Shown here in pieces: positions 1 to 7,028 of a DNA stretch of 23,851 nucleotides. Position 1 is the stretch's first letter. Every line of letters begins with the position of its first letter. The notes below the pieces were generated by a model. It searched no databases. It was given only the letters and a program-made list of their open reading frames with translations, and was not told the origin of the DNA. The position numbers and the translations under genes are program-made. This stretch comes from an uncultured archaeon (GTDB lineage: Archaea > Asgardarchaeota > Lokiarchaeia > Sigyniarchaeales > SOKP01), in contig CAZZIC010000049.1 in the NCBI GenBank assembly GCA_964653985.1, forward strand, positions 1 through 23,851, in the 5' to 3' direction.

Positions 1-2
1 CT

Positions 3-89
3 AAAGGAGATAAATTAGGAGCATTTGCCTTAACTGAGGCTAATGCGGGTTCAGACGCTGGAGGAGTCCAACTCTTTTTTATGAACTAA
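3..89 (+). pseudogene. Short in-frame remnant of an acyl-CoA dehydrogenase-like gene. It translates as [28 protein letters not shown] and then stops. [10 protein letters not shown] resembles the ACAD catalytic-region motif ALTEPGAGSD, which normally lies mid-protein.
   Basis: Own translation of frame 3 from the window start. A stop follows 11 codons after the motif, and no ACAD-like continuation exists in the other frames. The window edge means I cannot see whether it joins an upstream ORF. Confidence 0.3.
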
Positions 90-555
90 ATCTGCTATTA
101 AAGTTGACTTTCCAGTTGGTAAAATCGTGTAATTGCAAAACACATAACGGATGTCCAGGTTGTATAATGTCTCCAAAATGTGGTAATAATAATGAGCCTC
201 TAGATAAAAAAGGAGCAATTTTTCTTCTTAATAAGTTAATTAAGGAAAAGTAAATAATTTAGGATAATTTCTTTTCTTTCCCTCTTTCCTCTGATAATTT
301 TGATTTCCTAATTACCTCATCAAATTTTTTGGTTTCTTTAGTGCGATCGAAAACTAATGACTGAGTTTCTTCAATATATTCCGCATATAATTCATCTCTA
401 TCAATTAAATCCTTGATAGTATTAATAAGGATCTCTTCCTCAATTCCTGTAATTTCCTTTATCTCTGCGATACATCCTTGAATTTAAAATTTCAATATTT
501 AACAAATAAATATAATAGGATCAATATTTATAAACCTTTATTTCTCTTTAATAAT

Positions 556-1185
556 CTATAATTTTACTCCTAGAATATTAAAAGATTCTAAATTGAGACC
601 ATAATTCACTATTTCTTCAATCATTATGGTTTTCAGATGTTGATTTATTCTTTTTATCTGTTCTGAATGTAAATCTTGTATTGTAAAATTTCTAAGTATT
701 TGTCTTATGGAATTTAATAATAAACCATTTATCAACTCTTTTAAGTCCTGGAGATCAAAAGATTTTGTCCCTCCAACAATTTCTTCAACGAATTTTCTTA
801 CATTATAAATCTTTAGTTTGATATTTCCATGAATACCTATTATTCCTTGGTCAGTCTGAATGCCTTTTGATTTTGGAATACCCCATTTAAGAGAATGTAT
901 CTTAGTTTCGGTCCAAATAATCTCAATTTGTTCTTGTTTGTTTTCGATAGAATAAAGCCCACTGGAGAAAATATCCAAAAACTCTCCATTTTTATAGACT
1001 AATGCACTCTGATAGTCTTTTACCAAAAATGAATCATAATCTTGGAATTCGTCTTTGGAACCTTGAAATTTACAAATTAACGGATAATTCTTTTTGTTAT
1101 GCTTTTTATTTTCCCAAGATAGAATCTTATTACTATTTTGAGAAAAAATTTCTTTGATTTTCCTAAGCATCTTGGTATAATACAA
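556..1185 (-). CDS. SPFH/band-7 (stomatin/prohibitin-like) domain protein, and the last gene of the UFM1-like operon. The listed first codon is TTG, and the first ATG is at 1170.
   Basis: The C-terminal half (TDQGIIGIHGNIKLKIYNVRKF...LLNSIRQILRNFTIQDL...YGLNLESFNILGVKL) matches the SPFH core pattern as I recall it (approx. tkD.v.v.vdavv.yrv.d....v......lR.vlG..tL.eil..R......WGi.v..v.i.dv.lP). No N-terminal transmembrane segment is evident. Confidence 0.5.
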   Translation of the reverse strand: MYYTKMLRKIKEIFSQNSNKILSWENKKHNKKNYPLICKFQGSKDEFQDYDSFLVKDYQSALVYKNGEFLDIFSSGLYSIENKQEQIEIIWTETKIHSLKWGIPKSKGIQTDQGIIGIHGNIKLKIYNVRKFVEEIVGGTKSFDLQDLKELINGLLLNSIRQILRNFTIQDLHSEQIKRINQHLKTIMIEEIVNYGLNLESFNILGVKL

Positions 1186-1229
1186 AAAGAGATCTTAGTT
1201 ATTAAATGTAAAAGTAAAAAAAACCATTC

Positions 1230-2609
1230 TTAAGCTTCTGAAACTAAATACCATTGATCCCCATATAAAGGAGATTTGGAATGATTTAATATTCCTAAAT
1301 CTGTTAAATTTCTTAAAATCTTCTTGACTCGCTCTATGGACCAATTAACTTGAGAGACAATTTCATCCAAGTTAAACTTTTGAAGTTTATAAGCATTAAA
1401 AATAAGGGTTATCTCATCATCGCTTAATTCATACGGTTTCATCTGTACAATTTTAAAAACATCATCATTCTGCTTGATTGTTTTAATGCCTGGAATATAT
1501 CCTTTTTGAGAAAGAGAATTAATGATCTTCTCAAATTTTTCAATAGAGATATCTAGTTCGGGATGTTCATCAAGAATTAATTGGTACATTAAATAAAGAG
1601 GGATATTATCCTTTATTTCATAATTATGGTCTTTTAATTGCGTATTATCTTTTTCAATTTTAGTTAAGAATTCTAATATAAGATCGTGAACGATCTTTTC
1701 TTCATTTTGTTTCTTTTTGGATATACTCACTATTTTTTCCAAAAAATCTAATCTAACTTCATTTTTAGAAAGCAATTTTAATTCATCTTCTTCCAGAATA
1801 TGGGCATTAACTCCAAGTTTTGTTCTCTGATCGACTAATCGCGATAAAATCCTTAATTCTTCCCTAAATTTCTTAGATAATGAAAGTGCACTTGAATATG
1901 CATCGTTTTCAATAAATTTTGTTAATTGTATAATTAATTGACTTAAATGATTAAGCTGGTTCAAGATTACTGAGTTAATAAAATAAATTTCGACATAAAC
2001 AAATGTTGTCTCTTCCTTTGAGACTTTTTTATTCTTATTTGACTTTTTTAATTTAAAATTGGAGACCGGATCCATGGATAGGTTGGAAACAGTTTGCTTA
2101 AGGAAGTTTACCCTTTTTATTGAAAAGCTTATAATATCTTCTAATGAGGGTTCGTTTATATTAAAAATAGGCCCAAGTACTTTACTGAGACTAATTTGAA
2201 GTGAGTTCAATTCTGAGATTATATTTTCTTGAGAGATCTTAACATTTTGTTGCAGAAAATCAAGGTTTTCTGGAATTATGATGTTTGAAAGAAGAAAATC
2301 CTCTTCTTGGAGCTTCTCTTCTTTATTAGTTCCATCTGCTTCTTGAATTACTCTTCTCCCAAAAGGGGTTATCCTCCATTTAGGAAGAATTTGGTTTTCT
2401 TCAATAACAGTCTCTACTTGATTAAAATTTTTTAATTGGAGCAATACATTTTTAACAACCCGCATGGAAAGATCCGTATTTCTACTTACATTTCTCATGC
2501 TAACAAGCTCATCTCTGTTCTTTTTATTTAAATATCTAAGAATTGTTTCTATGGCTTGTAAACTAATAGGAAGATCCCTTTGAGAAGATTCCTTTTTTGA
2601 AGGAGACAT
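1230..2609 (-). CDS. Hypothetical 459-aa protein with winged-helix-like segments at both ends and a helical middle region. From its operon context it is a candidate UFL1/DDRGK1-like E3 scaffold.
   Basis: N-terminus ISLQAIETILRYLNKKNRDELVSMRNVSRNTDLSMRVVKNVLLQLKNFNQVETV and C-terminus LSDDEITLIFNAYKLQKFNLDEIVSQVNWSIERVKKILRNLTDLGILNH have helix-turn-helix then wing-like patterns. There is no catalytic Cys, RING or HECT signature. The gene sits immediately downstream of the E2 gene. Family assignment is inference only. Confidence 0.35.
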   Translation of the reverse strand: MSPSKKESSQRDLPISLQAIETILRYLNKKNRDELVSMRNVSRNTDLSMRVVKNVLLQLKNFNQVETVIEENQILPKWRITPFGRRVIQEADGTNKEEKLQEEDFLLSNIIIPENLDFLQQNVKISQENIISELNSLQISLSKVLGPIFNINEPSLEDIISFSIKRVNFLKQTVSNLSMDPVSNFKLKKSNKNKKVSKEETTFVYVEIYFINSVILNQLNHLSQLIIQLTKFIENDAYSSALSLSKKFREELRILSRLVDQRTKLGVNAHILEEDELKLLSKNEVRLDFLEKIVSISKKKQNEEKIVHDLILEFLTKIEKDNTQLKDHNYEIKDNIPLYLMYQLILDEHPELDISIEKFEKIINSLSQKGYIPGIKTIKQNDDVFKIVQMKPYELSDDEITLIFNAYKLQKFNLDEIVSQVNWSIERVKKILRNLTDLGILNHSKSPLYGDQWYLVSEA

Positions 2610-2653
2610 GAATACTAATTTTTAACGATTTAATTAAAATATAAAATATTGAA

Positions 2654-2661
2654 TTATATAA
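2654..2661 (-). promoter_or_regulatory. Candidate TATA box (TTATATAA, palindromic) about 45-52 nt upstream of the 1230..2609 start codon, inside the only sizeable intergenic gap (167 nt) of the operon. It may be an internal promoter.
   Basis: AT-rich octamer at an archaeal-promoter-appropriate distance from the ATG. The whole region is AT-rich, so specificity is low. Confidence 0.2.
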
Positions 2662-2776
2662 ATTCCTTTTATAAAATCAATTTAACTACCGTAAATAACA
2701 ATTTAATATAAAACAGATTCTATTAAATAACTTTTGAATATTCTTTCCATGTATATAGAGCTTTAGTTTTAATGCT

Positions 2777-3322
2777 TCATTTTTTTGCATTTTTGAATTC
2801 TTCTATGATCTGATTCTGTTGAGCCGCCCACCAGACCCATATTTGACGCATAAAAAAGTGGACAATGCCTAAACATCTATTCCAAGATTTTGTTTCTGAA
2901 AGATGGTCATGACAGATCATAATGAATTTTTTATCATCTTCAACCCAGTCATTCTTAGGATATAACTTCCCAGTGAATTTTAAGATGGTTGATTCCGCAA
3001 AACATCTGGGAGAGACAATCGGATATTCGGAGGAAAGAATTACTCTTATATCAAATTTGATTTTTGGATGATATTCGGGAATCGTTAAATATCCCTTCCA
3101 GATTTGAAAATTATCGTCTGGATCTTTTTCAGGATATAATTGAAACCACGGTTTATTTTTTCTTTTCCTTAAGAATTGAATATATTTCATAATTTTTTCA
3201 ACTTCTATTCTTACTCTGTCTATCCATAAAGGGTGCTTAGGTCCAATCCAATATCGTTCTGGGAATTCCGAAACTATTTTATCAATAATCGTCTCTTTCC
3301 ATCTTCTATTCATACCATCCAA
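2777..3322 (-). CDS. UFC1-like E2 (UFM1-conjugating-enzyme-like). The listed first codon is TTG and the first ATG is at 3313. The reading frame overlaps the upstream UFM1-like gene by 8-17 nt.
   Basis: Collinear similarity to eukaryotic UFC1 recalled from memory: [21 protein letters not shown] vs [41 protein letters not shown] vs [58 protein letters not shown] vs [37 protein letters not shown]. The candidate active-site Cys is Cys137 in MICHDH. Confidence 0.7.
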   Translation of the reverse strand: [181 protein letters not shown]

Positions 3323-3590
3323 CCAATCCTCGGTCTATTATATCGAATGTATTACCATAATTTTCTATAACTTTTTCAACTGGGAGTAAAAGCTCTGAGG
3401 TGGTTAATACTTGTCCTCCTATACTGGTAATACATATATTTTGAGAAGGAATATCTAATTTTTTTCCAAGCTCGGAGAGGACATCAATGAGTTTAATATC
3501 TGGAGATACAGGAAATGGAATCCTTCGCTTTTCAGCACCAAATTTGTCTATAAAATATAATGTTTTTACTTGAGAATTCAAAGTATACAC
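3306..3590 (-). CDS. UFM1-like ubiquitin-fold modifier precursor (beta-grasp). Starts are GTG at 3590 or TTG at 3581, with no ATG. The predicted mature C-terminus is ...IIDRGLVG, followed by a removable WYE tripeptide.
   Basis: Alignment to human UFM1 from memory: ICITSIGGQVLTTSELLLPVEKVIENYGNTFDIIDRGLVG-WYE vs [38 protein letters not shown]. The N-terminus VKTLYFID matches VSFKITLT. Length is 91-94 aa. Confidence 0.7.
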   Translation of the reverse strand: MYTLNSQVKTLYFIDKFGAEKRRIPFPVSPDIKLIDVLSELGKKLDIPSQNICITSIGGQVLTTSELLLPVEKVIENYGNTFDIIDRGLVGWYE

Positions 3591-3630
3591 CTATCTATTC
3601 TTTTGAAATTCCAATTTAGATTTCTATTTT

Positions 3631-4842
3631 TTAATTAGTAATATTCTTTAAATTTTTAATTTTATTTTTAATTTCTTTTTTCCAAGGAAAATAATCAGCA
3701 ATTCTATTAAAATCCTCTAAAAACCGATTAATATCTTCCCTTATTTGATTAATGGAATAAGATCTTTTATGTATTAATCTTAGAAAAAGAGGGTAATTTT
3801 TTTGAAAAAAGCTGAATATCATATTAGAATCTCCCAATTTATTTAATTTTTGATTCTTAAAAGCCAAAAGATTAATGTAAAATCCAAAGAATCTTATATT
3901 CATATCGTGGGGAATTAATATCTCTCCAGAATCCAAATCTATAATCGCATTAAATATCTTCCTCAGTAAATTATTACTAATCAACTCTGTTTTTAAAGAG
4001 TTGATGATCTCTTCCAATAACAAATTATTCTCTACGATATAAATCGGTATCTTCGCTTTAAGACAAAATTTAAAAATACTTTTCCCCTCGGTTGAATATT
4101 GTCTCGTTTTTCCCTTTTTTTCTGAGATCAAGAATTTTATTGCTCCATTTTCTTTAAGTTCCTCGGGGATGTCGATTATTAAACTCTCTTGTTTAAAATT
4201 TTTGCCCAAATAACTATTAATCTTATTTGTATTTGAAAGCTTTTCTGACTTATAAATAATATTGAGTTTGGACCAGTTTTTATAAAAAAAATTTACAATC
4301 TCATTGGAGATTAAAGCTTTTAATTGTTTAATTTTACTTTTATATTTCTCCAGTAAACCTTTGTCAACTTTAATGATGGTCTTTTCATCTAATTCAAATG
4401 ATATAAATCTCGGGGGAGTAGGATAGCTATTTTGTATTCTAAGTTCTTTAATTTCATTCTTCTCTATGATTTGAAAACTTTTTGTTTTATCCCCATTTGT
4501 TACAATTGAAATTGCCTTAGAGAATTTCTTGTTCAAGTTCGAAAGAGTATCGATATCATAAGTGCTCATAAAAATTTCTTTTGACAATGGATGTGAATGA
4601 TATATTCCTATTGGTCCAATGCCTTGCGGTAAAATAGAACTAATCTCATAAAACTCTTTTGAATCGGGTATTGCGTTGATTTGGGATTGTTCTTTAAATT
4701 CTGAGCATTCTGAAAGCGCTATAACGTTGCAAATCCCATTTTTTATATATCCGATAAGCCATCCATAGATTTCATTTTTCTGATTTCTTGCTCGTTGCTT
4801 AATGAATTCCACAAAATCTTGAGGAATATTAAAATAATCCAT
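3631..4842 (-). CDS. JAB/MPN (JAMM) metalloprotease with a roughly 270-aa C-terminal extension of unknown function. It is the likely processing and deconjugating enzyme of the module.
   Basis: JAMM-like motif YHSHPLSKEIFMSTYD (H82-x-H84-x8-S93-x2-D96, one residue longer than the canonical HxHx7SxxD) with acidic residues upstream (SECSEF). Its ATG overlaps the E1 stop codon by 1 nt (TAATG). Confidence 0.7.
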   Translation of the reverse strand: MDYFNIPQDFVEFIKQRARNQKNEIYGWLIGYIKNGICNVIALSECSEFKEQSQINAIPDSKEFYEISSILPQGIGPIGIYHSHPLSKEIFMSTYDIDTLSNLNKKFSKAISIVTNGDKTKSFQIIEKNEIKELRIQNSYPTPPRFISFELDEKTIIKVDKGLLEKYKSKIKQLKALISNEIVNFFYKNWSKLNIIYKSEKLSNTNKINSYLGKNFKQESLIIDIPEELKENGAIKFLISEKKGKTRQYSTEGKSIFKFCLKAKIPIYIVENNLLLEEIINSLKTELISNNLLRKIFNAIIDLDSGEILIPHDMNIRFFGFYINLLAFKNQKLNKLGDSNMIFSFFQKNYPLFLRLIHKRSYSINQIREDINRFLEDFNRIADYFPWKKEIKNKIKNLKNITN

Positions 4843-5678
4843 TACTTCTCTCGATCCTCTCTTAATTCATCAATTAAAACATTTAATTCTTTTTTACTTG
4901 TTTTAGGTTTTCCAGACACTCCTCTCTTTATCTTCTTTGTGCCACAAACCGAACAATTTTTATCTCTTACGGTAGAATATTCTTGGAATGTTCCATTTAA
5001 CATATTATACATAAGATAATCTATCATTTTACCAAACTTAAAAATGTATTTAAGGAGTTCTTGAACTTGAAGACTTCCTAAAATTGCCATCGTAGAGGGG
5101 AGGGAAGCAACGCAAGATTCGCCTCCCTCTTTAGAGCTTCCGAGAGAAATCATATTTATGCATTCTGAGCATGCGGTATCATATGGAATTACTGGATGAA
5201 CATAACCTGATAAGCCACTTCTCGATGCTCCAGCATCAATATAAGGAACCCTGTTCTTAATACATTTTATATTTAAATATGCCCTAGCAGGTGCGTTATC
5301 TAAACCATTCAAAATTATATCAAAGTCTTGTATGCATGATTCAAATGTAAACTCAAATTTTGGATCCATAATATCCTCATTGTATGTATAAATTTTTACA
5401 TCTGGGTTAATTGTATTAAGTACTTCTTTCGCAACATTAACTTTTGATTGACCAATATCCTCTGGTTTAAACATAGACCTATTCAGATTCACACTATCAA
5501 CTATATCGAAATCAAATAAAGAAATTTTTCCAATTCCACATCTAACTACCATTTCAGAAGTTATCGTACCTAATCCTCCTATTCCAATAACGCCTACATG
5601 ATAATTCTCAAAATCTTTCCACTCAATGTCATACCCAAAATCCTTAAGAGCTTTTAATCTCGTATATCTATCAATCAT
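4842..5678 (-). CDS. UBA5-like E1 activating enzyme (ThiF/MoeB-fold adenylation domain).
   Basis: Gly-rich ATP motif [41 protein letters not shown] matches human UBA5 [48 protein letters not shown] matches SKVQAAEHTLRNINPDV. Zn-binding CSEC and CSVC pairs flank the candidate catalytic Cys in [11 protein letters not shown], compare GVCAASLPTTM in UBA5. Confidence 0.85.
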   Translation of the reverse strand: [278 protein letters not shown]

Positions 5679-5703
5679 TTTTGTACCCTTTTAATGCCTT
5701 ATT

Positions 5704-6801
5704 CTAATACCTTAAAATCTTTGGAATTATTGAAACCATTTCACAATAGTCACATTTAACTAAACCATTAAGTTCAATATCATCAATGGGCAAAATCGCT
5801 CCACATTCAGGACATTCTAAATTAACCACTTCAACCTTTTCTTCTAAAATTTCCTTTATTTGTCGAATTTTTATATCATATTTTTTTGAAGTCTTTAATA
5901 ATTCACTCTCATTTTTACCCGTATACCAGATTATTAATGATCCGGACGTTTTTGAATATATGATCTGAATATCTATGATCTGTATGTTATTAATATCGGA
6001 ATTTTTTAGTAAAACTGTATTAGCAAGATAGTCTTGAGAATCACCATTAAAATGATGCTCTTCTGGTTCCTCTAAAAAAGTTAATCCCTTGAAGATATGT
6101 AAAATAGAACGAAATAATTTTCTTACATTTACGAATTTACAGTTATATCTAACACCCATAGTGGGGTAATTGTTTTGTTTTACCTTTTTTATTTCTTCTA
6201 TAAAATTTTTATTGATCTGTTCCTTTAGAATCTCTACTCTTTTTTTATGAACATGATAATTTTTCTTTTTAATTTGAAAGAGCTTTTCTTCTGAAGCTTT
6301 TGTTATGATTACTTGTGTCTTTTCGCCAATATAGGTAGGAGGTGCTGGAATTGTTGAATTAATTATTCCTCTTCCTATGATTGGCGCTTCCTCTTCCCAA
6401 GGAATTAGAAATGAAATTTCTTGCCCTGAATCAATTGTTTTTTCATAAAGTAATGGTTTTATAACAGAAGTCCAATCTCCTTTAGCTATTAAGGTATTAT
6501 CTTCTTTTACTGCTATATTTACTTTTAATGCTTCGATTGGATTGTATTTCAGAATAGAAACCTCATCGCCTTCATTAAATTTTTCTGAGTTTCGTTCATC
6601 AATAAGAATTTTTTTTTCATTCGCTTGAATGATTTTTTCTATTTTACTAATAATCGAATATTTTTTATGAGGTAAATCGGAAATTAGAAAAATCGAATCT
6701 CCTTTTCTAAAATTAGATAAAACCTCCTTATCTCCGTAAATAACACAATTCTCTCGTAGCTGAGGAATAATCTTGAAGGTGTCCATTCCGATTTGGATCA
6801 A
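5704..6801 (-). CDS. Hypothetical protein with a C-terminal C4 zinc ribbon and an N-terminal beta-rich domain. It is the first gene of the operon. The listed first codon is TTG, and the first ATG is at 6786.
   Basis: C-terminus CPECG-x16-CDYC. The N-terminal region CVIYGDKEVLSNFRKGDSIFLIS is vaguely reminiscent of CDC48-N/double-psi barrels, but I do not recognise a family. Only 25 nt separate it from the E1 gene. Confidence 0.45.
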   Translation of the reverse strand: MIQIGMDTFKIIPQLRENCVIYGDKEVLSNFRKGDSIFLISDLPHKKYSIISKIEKIIQANEKKILIDERNSEKFNEGDEVSILKYNPIEALKVNIAVKEDNTLIAKGDWTSVIKPLLYEKTIDSGQEISFLIPWEEEAPIIGRGIINSTIPAPPTYIGEKTQVIITKASEEKLFQIKKKNYHVHKKRVEILKEQINKNFIEEIKKVKQNNYPTMGVRYNCKFVNVRKLFRSILHIFKGLTFLEEPEEHHFNGDSQDYLANTVLLKNSDINNIQIIDIQIIYSKTSGSLIIWYTGKNESELLKTSKKYDIKIRQIKEILEEKVEVVNLECPECGAILPIDDIELNGLVKCDYCEMVSIIPKILRY

Positions 6802-7028
6802 TTTTCCTATATTTGTCTAAAATATTATAATTATATTTCTTTTTTAGACTTTTAATTATTTCGATTTTAATGATTTTCTTTTGATATAGATCGTTTCTCT
6901 TTTAGGGCAGACAAATCCAAAGTATAGAAAAAGGATATTTTAAAAAAAAAGAAGATATTCATAAACTAAATTGCAATATGAATGAGTAAACATGAATACA
7001 AAAAATAAAAACTGTAATTAAGTTATTA

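Noticed and set aside
116-253. Short Cys-rich frame ([33 protein letters not shown]...)
   Set aside because: It is only 28 aa from its ATG (46 from a TTG), and I recognise no motif. It is probably chance in the degenerate region after the ACAD remnant.
262-483. 74-codon open frame on the minus strand (IQGCIAEIKEITGIEEEILINTIKDLIDRDELYAEYIEETQSLVFDRTKETKKFDEVIRKSKLSEERGKEKKLS)
   Set aside because: It contains no ATG, GTG or TTG start codon anywhere in the frame. It may be a decayed gene or need an unusual start, which I cannot support from sequence alone.
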